Assembly (NCBI GenBank): GCA_951406725.2
Contig: OX597834.1
Location: 19,406,001 to 19,470,000, forward strand
Length of the DNA: 64,000 nucleotides
Direction of reading: 5' to 3'
Source: Octopus vulgaris
Lineage: Eukaryota
The position numbers and the translations under genes are program-made. Shown piece after piece: positions 39,905 through 54,117 of the stretch. Within the stretch, counting starts at the first letter, position 1; every line of letters begins with the position of its first letter. Below the pieces are notes generated by a model. The model had not been told where the DNA came from. It saw only the letters and a list, made by a program, of their open reading frames with translations, and ran no database searches.

Positions 39905-40455
39905 TTCATCGTTATTATTATTATTATTATTATTATCATCATCATCATCTTCATCAGTATTATAATCATCATCATCATCATCATCATCAGTATTATAATC
40001 AGCATCATCATCATCTTCATCAGTATTATAATCATCATCATCATCATCATCAGTATTATAGTCATCATCATCATCAGTATATTAATCATCATCATCATCA
40101 TCAGTATTATAGTCATCATCATCATTATCATCATCATCATCATCATCATAATCATCAGTATTATAATCATCATCATCATCATCTTCGTCATCAGTATTAT
40201 AATCAGCATCATCATCATCATCTTCATCAGTATTATAATCATCATCATCATCATCATCAGTATTATAGTCATCATCATCATCATCAGTATTATAATCATC
40301 ATCAGTATTATAGTCATCATCATCATCAGTATTATAATCATCATCATCATCATCATCATCAGTATTATAATCATCATCATCATTATCATCATCATCATCA
40401 TCATCTTCATCAGTATTATAATCATCATCATTATCATCGTCGTTGTCATTGTCAT
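39905..40455. repeat. (CAT)n array punctuated by CAGTATTATAAT/CAGTATTATAGT
   Basis: Direct reading. Confidence 0.9.
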
Positions 40456-41169
40456 CTCTTTCGGTGGAAAAACATTCAATTAATAACCGGTTGGTTGGGG
40501 GTGGGATGGGGTACAGGGAAAGAGGTAGATATCATTCTTCCATTGAAAAGCATCAGGAAATAACTTTGTGGCTGTCGAGAATTTTAATTAGCATTTTATC
40601 AAACTCATCAATTATGGTCTCAAATTTGTGAGATATCGTATCACCAGTAGTGAAGTTTCTCATATTTAGCGATGGTTCTCATATTTAAATTTTGTGGTTG
40701 GTCTATGGATTCCAAGTTGTTGGTATGATAAAGGGCGAATTAGTACATCAATTTAGATGCTGCATGCAAAACGCAAGCTAGATTAAACCAGAAAGCAGGA
40801 TGGAATTGAAAACAATGTTGTGACTGCAACCAGTAATTAATTTTCTTTCATGTTTAAATGAGTAAATTGTATAAAATGAGTCAAAGAGATGATAAACTGT
40901 GAATCTGTCATAGTAATGATATGCAGTAATATGTGTGGCTGCATGGTTAGAAGTTTGTTTCCCAACCACATGGCTCCAGGTTCAATCCCATTGCATGGAA
41001 CTTGGGGCAAGTGTCTTCTACTATAGGAAAAAATGTATGCCATTTTGTAAAACAAAAGAATTAGAGGGGGAATAAACTCTCAAGTGTCATTAGAGCTTGT
41101 CTTAAGATTTTGCAGAACTCTTCATTGCTTCTATCTTTTACTGGTTTCACTCATTAGACTGCAGCCTTA

Positions 41170-41865
41170 CTTGTGGATAGATTTGGTAGACAGAAACTGA
41201 AAGAAGCCTGACATATATATTTGTGCTTAAGTGTGTGTGTGTGGGGGGGATGAGTATTCATTTCCCACCACTTCTTGGGCAACCAGTGCTGGTGTTTAAA
41301 TCCCTGTAACTTAGAAGTTTGGCAAAAGAGAACAATAAAAATAAATACCAGATTTTTAAAAAAGTTGATTTGTTTGAAGAAAATTCTTCAAGGTAGTGCT
41401 CCAGCATGGTCACAATCAGGTGACTAAAACAAGTAAAAGATAAATATGACCCTTTCTACTAAAGGCACAAGGCCTGAAATTTGGAGGGAAGGGACTTGTT
41501 GATTGCATCAACCCCAGTGCGTAACTGGTATTTATTTCATCAACCCTGAAAGGATGAAAATACGGCTAAGCATTTCACCCAGCGCACTAACATTTCTGCC
41601 AGCTTGCAGCCTTCAAATGCTAATGATTCTGCTAGCTTGCTACATCAAAATGTGACATAAAATATTTGAAACCAAGAAATTTATCATGAATTAGTCAACC
41701 CTAAGGAGTTGTTGGTGTTAGGAAAGGCATCCAACCATAAAAACCATGCCAGAAAAGACAGTGAAGCCTGGTGCAATCTTCTGCTTGGCCAGGTCCTGTA
41801 TAACCGTCCAACCCTGCCAGCATGGAAAACAAACGTCAAATGATGATGATGTTGATGATGATGAT
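41170..41865. mobile_element. Cluster of diverged family A (+), B (-) and C (+) fragments
   Basis: Motif homology at 41170-41445, 41450-41640 and 41705-41865. Confidence 0.65.
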
Positions 41866-42313
41866 ATAAGAGATACCGAAGTGAATTTATTTTTAATTCA
41901 TTTAAACGTTAGATAGTCTTATTCAAAAAATAATTAGTATCTTGATAAGAACTACTGATCGCCCACTGGAATGCCTTGTTCATCACTGATACATCTCTGC
42001 TTTCTGAGTTCAAATCCCACTTTGATCAGTCTTGTCTTTTATTTTCCTGAATACTAGTCATATGCTGGGAATCAGCTGACTAAACTGTGCTCCACCCCTA
42101 TATATATATTAATGGACTTTACCAACGTAGGAAATCATTAGCTTAATTGCATGCTGCACTCATTAAGTTTTAATGTGGAAGAGCAGTGTTTGTTGTTCCA
42201 TTAGGTTTTTTTTTTTTTTTGACATTTCAATATTTCTTATTAATTTATGTATCAACATTCAAATCATTTAGAATTAATTCATTAATACACACACACACTC
42301 TGTTATATATATA

Positions 42314-42369
<56 letters not shown>

Positions 42370-42396
42370 AGTGTGTGTGTGTTTTAATATATATAT

Positions 42397-42427
<31 letters not shown>

Positions 42428-43423
42428 AGTGTGTGTGTGTGTTTTAATATATATATATATATATATATAGACAAAAATACTATATGACAATGAGTAAGCA
42501 ATCAATCTGCTTATCAACATGTTAATTTGTTATCCCTTCACTTTATTGCTCTAATTTCCTCTTCAGTCTGTTTATTTCTCCTTCCTTAACTTCTCCACCC
42601 ACCCACCTACCACCACTCACTCTCTCTCTCCTTTATACTTAATAATCATAATAATTCCATTTAATTTACTTGAATTTCTTTCTCATAAAAAAAGAAAGAA
42701 ATTAAAAAAGACAATCATTATTAGAGATATATTACTTGAGATTTTCTTGTTTGTCTTTTTTTTTTTGAAGTTTTCAAGAAATAAACAAAAATACAAAAAA
42801 TTAATGTAAAACAACCACAATTAGTAAATATAAGCTTTTCGTGTGTTTTTTTATTACTTTGTTTTATTTGTTATATAATTCATATTTTCCATTAATAATT
42901 CCTTGCGTGAGAATTAAATTATTGCAGAAAGCAACTCTCAAATAAATTTGTGTAATAATAGCAAATTTAAAAAGAGGAAATAAAAAAAAAAATGTGACAC
43001 AAAATGCAAACAAGCAAACAAAACAAAAAAACTCTATGAATATAGATAGAAAATTTCTTTGACTGAAGGCAAATAAATATGTAGATATTTTAAAAATATA
43101 ATTCTTGAAATAAGTTTCTGTTCAATATGGTCGCTGTTTGTGATTATGAAGGCTTCTTGAGTGACTGATGATTAGATATCTGTAGCAATTAAGAAGAAAT
43201 TACTTTATTGAGAAACCAACTTAATTAACATCCATTTGATAGAATTAATTTACTCCAATGATTTGAATTACTCTTTTAGCCTTTTGCTGATTTTACTCAT
43301 TAGACTGTGGCCCTGCTCCAGAATGACCATATACCTTCAAAAGTTTAAGACAGCAGTTCACTGCTGAGGTCCACATTGATCCTGGCGGTCCATATAAGAC
43401 TTCTGGGTGGTCCACACAAGTGG

Positions 43424-43608
43424 AACCTTTTCTCTTTCTTTCATGATGATATGTTGATCTCTTGGCACTGCCACATCAATTATTAGGCATTCTTGTTTGT
43501 CCCTCCTAAAGGTTACTATATCCAATGTATGGTGCTCTAATACCTTGTCTGTCTGTCTGGAAGTCAAAGTCCCAGAGGATTTTTGCCTTCCCCTTTTCAT
43601 CCATGTTA
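43424..43608 (-). pseudogene. Restriction-like endonuclease (RLE) fragment of an R4/Dong-like non-LTR retrotransposon
   Basis: MDEKGKAKILWDFDFQTD, frameshift at a GACA repeat, then DKVLEHHTLDIVTFRRDKQECLIIDVAVPRDQHIIMKEREKV; matches ILWD..QTD..RPDI..C.IID.AVP.D..KE.EK. Confidence 0.8.
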
Positions 43609-43631
43609 GCATCATCATCATCATTATCATT

Positions 43632-43868
43632 ATTTGCCAGTACCTCCTGACTGGCCCCTGTGCCAGTGGCACGTAAAAGCACCCACTACACTCTCAGAGA
43701 GGTTGGCATTAGGAAGGGCATCCAGCTGTAGAAACTCTGCCAGATCAAGACTGGAGCCTGGTGCAGCCATCTGGTTTGCCAGCCCTCAGTCAAATCATCC
43801 AACCCATGCTAACATGGAAAGTGGATGTTAAACGATGATTATTATTATTATCATTATTATTATTATTA

Positions 43869-43908
<40 letters not shown>

Positions 43909-44109
43909 CAAGGTAGCAAACCGGTGGGGGAAATGCTTTGTGGTATTTCATCTATCAATACATTCTTAATTCAAATTCTGCCGAGGCTGACTCCACCTTT
44001 CATCCTTTTAGGGTTGGTAAATTATATACCAGTCAAACACTGGGGATCACTGTAACCAACTATTCCCCTCCCCATAGATTTCAGGCCATGTGCTTTTACT
44101 AGAAAAGAC

Positions 44110-44148
<39 letters not shown>

Positions 44149-44417
44149 CATTATTATTAATCGAAATCAAATTCGATGACAGCACTGCATGACGACTGGT
44201 GCTAGTGGAGCGCTTAGAGCACCATCCGATCGTGCCGGTGGCACATAAAAGCACCCACTACACTCTCAGAGTGGTTGGCATTAGGAAGGGCATCCAGCTG
44301 TAGAAACCCTGTCAGATCAGATTGAAGCCTGGTACAGCCATCTGGCTCACCAGTCCCCAGTCAAACCGTCCAACTCATGCCAGCATGGAAAGCAGACATT
44401 GAACGATGATGATGATG

Positions 44418-44420
<3 letters not shown>
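43632..44420 (+). mobile_element. Family C (43632-43840), B variant (43910-44110) and family C (44160-44420), separated by (ATT)n
   Basis: Motif homology to other copies. Confidence 0.75.
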
Positions 44421-44450
<30 letters not shown>

Positions 44451-45519
44451 GCTATTGATAATATCTGAAGGTGACACTGCCTTTCGAATGTTGATTGAGT
44501 GGCTGTCAAACCTTGCTTGCGGGTTTTAGTATAAGAATATGACATGTTGCATTGCTTAATACTGAATATGTCTCTTCAGACAATCAAACACCTTCTTCAG
44601 TGTGATTTGTTTTCCTTCAGGTGGTGTAGATGTATCTCTTATCAACTTTAGAGCATTTGAAATTAAAGGTAACTGCCAGTTTCAAAAGCCATTGCAGATT
44701 GTGAAAGTATTAACATTTTAATCTGGATTTCGTTGATGTAATATTGATCTGAGGTCACTTGATATGAGTGACCCTCTCGCTTGCAATATTTAATTTTCTG
44801 CCATTAGAAAATTTACTTAGTGTACAAAGTTTGATTACAGGTGAAGGAAGGCCAAGATAGAAATTAAATGACATTACTGACAGGAGTTTGGCACAGGTGG
44901 ATCCAAACATTCAGTCTTGTCTGATATAAACAGTGTTAGTAATTATGTTTAAATATGGATCTGTTTAAAACATTGTACCCCAAAAGTACAATGAAATATC
45001 TACGTCAGATTTGAACCCAAGTAAGCAGTATTATCATATATCTTTTATTCACGGGACCTTTTCATCTCTGCTACAATTTACATTAACAAATACCATGAAA
45101 AACTTAAATGTTTTTATTCTTTAAACTGTAAATATAATAAAATTTTATCAATGTTTACAACATGAAGCAAAATGCAAGAAATAAAACCAGAAGTTAATTC
45201 TTTGTTTGTTGTTGTTGTTGTTGCTGTTGTTGTTTTGTTGTTGTTGTTGTTGTCGATGTCATTTCAAATCAGTAAAATTGAAACAATGCGATAAAAAAAA
45301 AAAGACAATAGTTAACTTCCTTTTAACTTCTAAAATTTAAAACACGCTTCAATATGTAGATTTACACAGCGGCAGTAACATATTCAACGAGGCGATGTTA
45401 TTGTTCACTGAAAATATCTAGAACGGTTGGAAGCGGGGAAGGTGGGGGGTGGGGCAAAAAAAACAAAAAACAAAAGAAGAAAAAAATAGTGATTACTGTT
45501 TTGTTGTCAGTTACAACAA

Positions 45520-45782
45520 CAACAATGGCAGCAGCAGTAACAACAACAGCAATTATAATAATAATAATAATAATAATAATGATAATAATATTAATAATAA
45601 TAATGATAATGATAGTAAAATGAAGATTGCTAATAAAAATAACAATAACAACAAGAATAGCTATGACAATTGAACGATGATAAAATGAACAAATAATAAT
45701 AATAATAATGATAATAATAATAATAATAACAACAACAACAATAATAATAATGATAATAATAATGATGATAATAATAATGATA
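45520..45782. repeat. (AAT/AAC)n compound microsatellite
   Basis: Direct reading. Confidence 0.9.
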
Positions 45783-46351
45783 GATGCAAATATCAAGGCA
45801 AGAACTATCATCTAAAATATCTGAAGCTGAGATAAAGATACATAACTATTTTGATGTTAGCCATGAAGGCATGCATCTCTACTGAGTTTCTCCTCTTAAG
45901 AGATATTTTCTTTTAGGAATAAAAAAGAAAAAAGCAAAAAGCAGCGGGTTCTTTTTTTTTTTACCAATGATAGGTCTATGGAACCATGCAAATGTTTACT
46001 CCATTACCCTATGGTATGAAAGAAAGTTCGTTCTTCGTCGCTTTTATTGAATACACTTTTTTCTTTGTATGCTTCTATTTTGTTTGTTTCTAAGTGGTCC
46101 AGTATGGCCAACACTGGGGCTGTGGGAGGAGATGCCTGGGATGTAGTGGTTGCTGTGAATATTCTCGCAGTGTGAATTTCAGGTGGTGACTGAAAGAATA
46201 TTATCTTGAAAACAAGGAGATGAAGTGGGGTTCTTGTGACAGGTTGATGGAGTAATGCTTCTTGATAAGGTGTGTGTAGCCTGGAGATCAGGAAGTCCCT
46301 TCAAGTAAAGCCACTACTGTACTGAATTGAAAAGTTGTGGCTCTGGCACAA

Positions 46352-46778
46352 CAAGCATGGGATACAAATGTCCGAGGAAAGAAATGCTGGACAGATTTTA
46401 CAAGTAGGGTCAATTAGCTGGAGATTGAGAGATAGACCACAAGCCAGTTGGTTGGATTATGTCCATAGTCTCGGAGCTTCAGTTGGTCTTACCTTGGTGA
46501 TAAGCGTGGGATACAAATGTCTGAGGAAAAAATTGCTGGACAGATTTTACAAGTAGGGTCAATTAGCTGAAGATTGAAAGATAGACCACAAGCCAGTTGG
46601 TCAGATTATGTCCATAGTCTCGGAGCCTCAGTTGGTCTTACCTTGGTGATAAGCGTGGGATACAAATGTCCGAGGAAAGAAATGCTGGACAGATTTTACA
46701 AGTAGGGTCAATTAGCTGGAGATTGAGAGATAGACCACAAGCCAGTTGGTTGGATTACGTCCGTAGTCTTGGAGTTTT
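46352..46778 (+). repeat. ~150-bp tandem triplication of an RTE-like ORF2 C-terminal fragment
   Basis: Units at ~46352, 46502 and 46651; translation HGIQMSEERNAGQIL..RLRDRPQASWLDYV resembles GH..RM..ER..IL..R.RGRP..W.D. Confidence 0.75.
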
Positions 46779-46804
46779 CATCCTATCATGGTCAATAAAA
46801 TAAA

Positions 46805-47030
46805 TACCTATTTCTTTATTACCCACAAGGGGCTAAACATAGAGGGAACAAACAAGGACAGACATAGGTATTAAGTCAATTATATCGACCCCAGTGTGTA
46901 ACTGGTACTTAATTTATCGACCCCAAAAGGATGAAAGGCAAAGTCGACCTTGGCGGAATTTGAACTCACAACGTAACAACAGACGAAATACTGCAAAGCA
47001 TTTCATCCGGCATGCTAACGATTCTGCCAG
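46805..47030 (-). mobile_element. SINE family B
   Basis: Reverse complement of 2291-2514. Confidence 0.85.
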
Positions 47031-47730
47031 TTGAGCAATGGGGTCAATGTAATCAACTAAACTCCGTCCCCCAAATATCTGTATCAGAAACGATTATTAT
47101 TATCATAGCTTTTGTTGTTGATCTTACGATTATTGTTGTTATTATTACTCTTCCTGTTGTTAAACTGTCTGCCATTTCAGTAGAGAAAATAACCAAAAAA
47201 TATTAATATTGAACAAAAGCAAAAATGAAACAAAAAGTTATTTATTTTCTCTGTTTATATTTGTTGGTGCAGTAATAAGAAAGCATAAAATGAAAGTACG
47301 CTTTTATCTCACTTATTGAGTATAAAAATCAGAGGCCTTGAAAATGTGATTCTTTGATAGCGATAGATTTAGCCAAGAAATACAGAAAAAAATAAAACAT
47401 TGTACAGAGAATTTATTAAAGATAAAATATCAACTCTTTTAAAATAAAATGTGTCGAAAAATAACCATTATTTGTATTACTGGTACATATTTTGTCAGTC
47501 TCAGAAGAATGATGAAAGAGAAGAATTTATACTTGAAAGCTTCAAACTCAAAAATTATAATGTTTCTAGTATAATTCTTTAACCCATTTTAGAAGTTCCC
47601 CTTCAAATAGAAAAGCGGGGAAGTGTCTCTTTTCAACTGACGAGTTCTTCAATTATTTTTCATTGTTTTGTCTTAGTATTATTGTGTTACATGCATTGTT
47701 TTTCTTGTTTGCTTGTGTATGTGTATGGGT

Positions 47731-48112
47731 GGAGGCGCAATGGCCCAGTGGTTAGGGCAGCGGACTCGCGGTCATAGGATCGCGGTTTCGATTCCCAGAC
47801 CGGGCGTTGTGAGTGTTTATTGAGCGAAAACACCTAAAGCTCCACGAGGCCCTGGCAGGGGATGGTGGTGATCCCTGCTGTACTCTTTCACCACAACTTT
47901 CTCTCACTCTTACTTCCTGTTTCTGTTGTACCTGCATTTCAAAGGGCCGGCTTTGTCACTCTCTGTGTCACGCTGAATATCCCCGAGAACTACGTTAAGG
48001 GTACACGTGTCTGTGGAGTGCTCAACCACTTACACGTTAATTTCACGAGCAGGCTGTTCCGTTGATTCGGATCAACCGGAACCCTCGTCATCGTAACTGA
48101 CGGAGTGCGTCC
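47731..48112 (+). mobile_element. SINE family D (tRNA-Arg-like head), CpG-rich full-length copy
   Basis: A box TGGCCCAGTGG, TCG anticodon-like loop, B-box-like TTCGATTCC; TSD ATGTGTATGG (47719-47728, 48113-48122). Confidence 0.85.
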
Positions 48113-48594
48113 ATGTGTATGGCGATGGTGGTGGTGGTGGTTTATTTGTTGGAATGGCAAAATTTTGATAAAATAACAGGCACAGTAAACATGGCTGTGT
48201 CGTTAGAGAAGTCCATTTTGCAACCATTTGGCTTCTGGTTCAGTCCTGGTATATATGACCCCTTGTTGTGAAGGCCTGTGGCTTACTGGTTGGAGGCCTT
48301 CAGCTCATGATCATAAGGTGATGGGTTTGATGCCCAACATGAGCGTTGCGTCCTTGAGCAAGACACTTTATTTCATGTTGCTCCAGTCCACTCAGCTGGC
48401 AAAAATGACAAGTACCTGTATTTCGAAGGGGCCAGCCTTGCCACACAAAACCTCATCAGGATTTGAACTCAAAAAGTAGAGCTAGGACAAATACTGCTAG
48501 GCATTTTTCCCTGCAGCTCTAACAACATCATCATTTTAATGTTCATTTTCCCAAACTTGGAATCTGATGCACTTCCTGTCACCAACATTTACCT

Positions 48595-48807
48595 CTCCTT
48601 TACTCTCTCTCTTACTTGTTTCAGTCATTTGACTGCGGCCATGCTGGAGTACTGCCTTTAGTCGAGCAAATCGACCCCGGGACTTATTCTTTAGTAAGCC
48701 CAGTACTTATTCTATCGGTCTCTTTTGCTGAACCGTTAAGTGACGGCGACGTAAACACACCAGCATCGGTTGTCAAGCAAGGGGGACAAACACAGACACA
48801 CAAACAT

Positions 48808-48840
<33 letters not shown>

Positions 48841-49010
48841 CATATATATGATGGGCTTCTTTCAGTTTCCGTCTACCAAATCCACTCACAAGGCTTTGGT
48901 CGGCCCAGGGCTATAGTAGAAGACACTTACCCAAGATGCCATGCAGTGGGACTGAACCCAGAACCATGTGGCTGGTTAGCAAGCTACTTACCACACAGCC
49001 ACTCCTGTGC
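48595..49010 (-). mobile_element. SINE family A
   Basis: Reverse complement of 449-860. Confidence 0.85.
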
Positions 49011-49341
49011 CAAGAAAAGTTCTAGTTCCCCCATGGTCAGACATATTCTCATTGAGAATCAGAAATGAATGGCATTCACTTCCAGCAAATATATGATGTC
49101 AAGACAAGGAAAAACACACATACACACACACACAGACACACACACACACACACACACACACATGCACACACTCACACACACGCATACGTGTCAACATATA
49201 CGATGAGTTTCTTTTAGTTTGTATCAGCCGGATCCACTCACAACTTTTCGGTTGGCTGGAAGCTCTAAGTAAAACATTCATCCAAGGTGACATGCAAGAG
49301 GACTGAACCTGGAACCACAAGGTTGGGAAGAAAACCATTTA

Positions 49342-49573
49342 TATTTCTTTATTGCCCACAAGGGGCTAGACATAGAGGGGACAAACAAGGACAGACAAAC
49401 GGACTAAGTCAATTACATCGACCCCAGTGCGTAAATGGTACTTTATTTATCGACCCCGAAAGGATGAAAGGCAAAGTCGACCTCGGCGGAATTTGAACTC
49501 ACAACGTAATGACAGACGAAATACAGCTACGCACTTCGCTCGGCGTGCTAACGTATCTGCCAGCTCGCCGCCT
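49342..49573 (-). mobile_element. SINE family B inserted into the head of an older family A copy
   Basis: 16-bp TSD GGAAGAAAACCATTTA (49326-49341, 49577-49592). Confidence 0.9.
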
Positions 49574-49681
49574 TATGGAAGAAAACCATTTAACCACACA
49601 GCCACATTCCAATGACTCTGACAATTCATGACCCTCCATAGTAGAAATCCAACTGCATTCCTAACAAAAGCATTTTTAAGG

Positions 49682-49714
<33 letters not shown>

Positions 49715-49876
49715 TTTTCCCTCTCTTACTCTTTCTCTCAAAAAAAGGGAACAAGTACTTATTCAGCTTTCTGTTCTGAGCTCTGAAGTGCACAACTGTG
49801 GAATTGATTTACCGTAAATAAAAATGCAACTTTTATGTAAAAACCACGAGTTTGTTGTTAAGGTATCTTCTTGACT

Positions 49877-49910
<34 letters not shown>

Positions 49911-50159
49911 AATACATTCAGTTCTATGAGGAAAGTTAGCTGATTGTGTAATTAGATCTGAGAGAGAGAGAGAGAGAAAGAGGTGGGGGAGAACGAAGGA
50001 GAGACATGTCGTCTCCATTTGTTTGATAAGGTTTTCAATCTGTTCTCCCGATGCAAAACCCAGTTACCTGTAAAGATCAAGGAATCAATGAATTTATCAA
50101 ACTAAATAGATTATACGAGGAGAACCGTGATAAAAAGTATTAAGGTACTGGTAGCACTA

Positions 50160-50203
50160 ATTCATACATGCGTTCACATACCCACACGCATATATATATA
50201 TAT

Positions 50204-50242
<39 letters not shown>

Positions 50243-51230
50243 GGTATGTGCACAAACTGACACACATATATAAATATATATTTTTATAAATATTCTCACG
50301 CATATATATATATATATGCATACACACACACATATGCGCACACACAAATATATAAACATACATGCACAAACACACACACGTATATATGCATGCTCACACA
50401 CTCACAAATACACACACACTTACAAATGCACACACGCACACACATATGCACTCACATATGCACATATATGCATACATGCGAACACACACACATCACACAC
50501 ATATATAAATATATACTCATAGACATGCACATATGCACACACACACACACACACACAGAAATACATGTACACACTCACAAACACACACACACAAGTATAT
50601 ACACACACACTCACAACCTCCCCACCCCCACATATACATGCATGCACACACTCACACACATACATAAATATATATTTATAAACATACATATATGCACACA
50701 CGCACACATGGAAATATATAAATACACACACATGTGCACACATACATGCACATACTTGTACATGCATGCACACACACACACACCAATAGTGATTCCTGAT
50801 GTTTCAGTCAGTGTATTCAATAATTATATGATGTTTGATTGATTTTTTTTTTAAAATCAAAGCCGTATATAATTGAAGTTGGGTACATCTAGCATGTATG
50901 TACCCTCTTTCAAGCTGCCACTCATAAAAATCAAAGATTTATATTAAAGTCGGATTTGTTTCATGCAGCCTTCATGTTTTTCGTATTCTTTATTATTATT
51001 ATTATTTTTATCCTTTTTTTAATTTTTTTTTTATACATATTTTGGCTTTCTTTGAATGTATGAAGAAAATGTTATTGATATGTGTATGTGAGGTGTCTCT
51101 CTCTCTTTCTCTCTCTCTCTCTCTTTTTCTGTATATATACATATGCATCTATCAATCTGTCTGTCTATCTATCTCTCTCTATATATATATCATCATATCT
51201 TTCTATCTATCTATCTATCTATCTATCTAA

Positions 51231-51285
<55 letters not shown>

Positions 51286-51479
51286 CATATATATATATAC
51301 ATGCACATACACATATATATGTGTATGTGTACATATATGAATATGTATGTGTGTGTGTGTATATATATATATACACACTCACACATACAAATATATGTTT
51401 ATGTTTATGTATATATGTATGGCCACAGCTCGTGAGCTGAAACTAAATGAAAATGAAAAAAAAAATGAAATGATATATA

Positions 51480-51510
<31 letters not shown>

Positions 51511-51675
51511 TATTTCTATAAATGTATGTGTATATATACATGCATATGTGTATATATGTAATGTACACCCATATATCGTCATTCACACATTCAGACACAC
51601 ATATACATGCACAGACACATACACACACAAACATACACACAGACACAAATGCACACATGCACTCACACACACGTA
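50160..51675. repeat. CA/TA/TCTA compound low-complexity fields
   Basis: Direct reading; interrupted at ~50785-51080. Confidence 0.85.
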
Positions 51676-52097
51676 TCTGCTGTGTATTTAATCTTTGCCA
51701 ATCAAGCCCTGATTTCTCTTTCCAATTTCCTTTAATGCCCAAAACCCCATTTTCACATCATCCCATTCTCATGTCATTTTTATCTTCCCAATAGAAGATA
51801 TTTTCCCACTCGATACAATTATTCATTCCTTTTGGGTGGCGATGAAATGTTAAATTATTGATGGAGTGCAGCTTCATCGTATGCAAACATTGCTATTTGC
51901 ATCGACTGGTGAGAAGGTTATCTTGTCAGATTGGCCGGGGGGGGGGGGACAGAAAGAAAAGCAATGGAACTGTTTGGATTATTGTTCCTTTATCAATAAC
52001 CAAAATACAATAATTTCCTTGAGTGATCAAAGTTCACCATGAAACAGGATATTCCAATATACTTCTATGAACTATTAACTGCTTGCTACTATCATTT

Positions 52098-52510
52098 CTC
52101 ACTTTACTCTTTAACTCTTTTACTTGTTTCAGTCATTTGACTGCAGCCATGCTGGAGCACCGCCTTTAATTGAGCAACTCGACCCTGGGACTTATTCGTT
52201 TGTAAGCCCAGTACTTATTCTATCGGTCTCTTTTGCCGAACTGCTAAGTAACGGGGGACATAAACACACCAGTATCGGTTGTCAAGCAATGCTAGGAGGA
52301 CAAACACAGACACACAAACACACACACGCATATATATATATATATATGACGGGCTTCTTTCATTTTCCATCTACCAAATCCACGCACAAGGCTTTGGTCG
52401 GCTCGAGGCTATAGTAGAAAACACTTGCCCAAGGTGCCACGCAGTGGGACTGAACCCGGAACCATGTGGCTGGTAAACAAGCTACTTACCACACAGCCAC
52501 TCCTGTACCT
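52098..52510 (-). mobile_element. SINE family A
   Basis: Reverse complement of 449-860. Confidence 0.85.
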
Positions 52511-53316
52511 ATTATCATTTTTTTTTCTTTGGGTTTAAAGTTGGTTCAGTTGCTCTAATAGTTATTATGGATTACTTTTGTCATTCTGCCCAGCTTTTAG
52601 TCTTTTTCTCTTGAACAATACAAGACAGATTGCAACTTAGAACAAGAGCTACTGTAACACTAGTAGTATCTGTCTAGCAACATGCTCTTTGTGAGATGGC
52701 CATATGCTAAAAAATGCAGCCAGAGGAAAGAATCACAGTGTACATGTACAAATATATATTGTGGGTTTTCTCATCATTAGACAATGTATGAGCATTCAGC
52801 AATTTCTTGCTGAACAAAAACTGCACAGACAATTTGTTTATTATGATCAATTGTTTGTGTTCACATAAGTGTGTGGGGGAGAGAGAGAGTGTGTGTATCT
52901 TTGTGTATTTCTCTCACTACTTCACCTGTGTTGGTTTGCTTACATCCTTGCCAAATTGTGGTTTAGCAGAAGTATATACCAGACTTAAAATAAACATTGG
53001 GGTCAACCTGATTTGAACAAGTAACCCAGTGAAGGCAATGTTCCCCAATAAATGCACAATCCAATATCTGAAGACCATAAAAGAGCAAAAGAGCAACAGT
53101 TTCAGGAGCCTTGTTTCTGATGATTTATTTTTGGTTTATTCAGTAACTCTTTGTTATGAATCCATTGATCCCCAATAATGAATATTTTCTTTTGATTACT
53201 AGTTTTTTTCATCTTGTTTGGGATTTATAATTTCTTGTTCAAATCCTTTTCTTCTGTCAATAGTTTCTTGTTTTTTTTATCTGAACCTCAACTAATCTGC
53301 AAAATACATGTAAATG

Positions 53317-53570
53317 CATCATCATCAACATTATAATCACTATCATCATCACCACCATCATCACCATCATCATCACCACCATCATTATCATCATCATCCT
53401 CATCTAAAGTCCTTTTTCCATGCTGGCATGGGTTGCGTGGTTTGACAGGAGCCAGCCAGGCGGAAGCCTGCACCAGGTTTCACTGTCTGTTTTATCAGGG
53501 GGTTTTTTTATGGCTGAATGCCCTTCCTAACACCAACCACCTTACAGAGTGGGCTGAGTGGTTTTTACGA
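53317..53570 (-). mobile_element. Family C diverged copy with expanded (GAT)n tail
   Basis: TGCCCTTCCTAACACCAACC core. Confidence 0.7.
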
Positions 53571-54117
53571 GGGAAAAAAAAGGAAATTATATGTTTAGGT
53601 TTTTGGTATCTATTGTCTTCTTTTTGCAATGACATTGCTCTGTAAAATGGTTTTTGAGTTTTTGGTCAATTTGCTTAAAACTCTCACTTTGGAGCCATGT
53701 GGTTTAAGCCTCAATCCCACTGCAAAGCAATTTGTGTATCTGCTGCTATAGTCCTCCAAGACCAACCAAAGCTTTGTGAACAGATTTGGAGACTGTGAGG
53801 AAGCCTATCATATATATGTGTATCTCCATGTTCATATTTGCCCCTGCCACCATCACCACCACCACTTGACAACTAGTTTTGGTGTGTTTACATTTTTCAA
53901 CTTAGCGGTCTTGCACAAATACTGGAGTTGATTTGTTTACCTAAACCCTTTAAGATGGTGCCCCAGCATGGCTGTGGTCCAATGACTGAAACACAAAAAA
54001 GATCTGGTACAAACAACAACACTGCTGAATGTACCACAAATATTCAATTTAGGGTTACCTTTGTATTTAATCCTGAACTCAATAAAATAAAATGTGCACC
54101 AACCAAGTTCAAAATAT

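Noticed and set aside
44621-44668. 48-nt exon (TTTTCCTTCAG...AAAG/GTAACT)
   Set aside because: Splice signals are plausible, but no protein is recognisable and the adjacent minus strand (YINEIQIKNVNTF) looks like a decayed LINE RT; unsupported without RNA data
47731-47805. Functional tRNA-Arg gene
   Set aside because: No proper acceptor stem; continues into a SINE body bounded by a TSD
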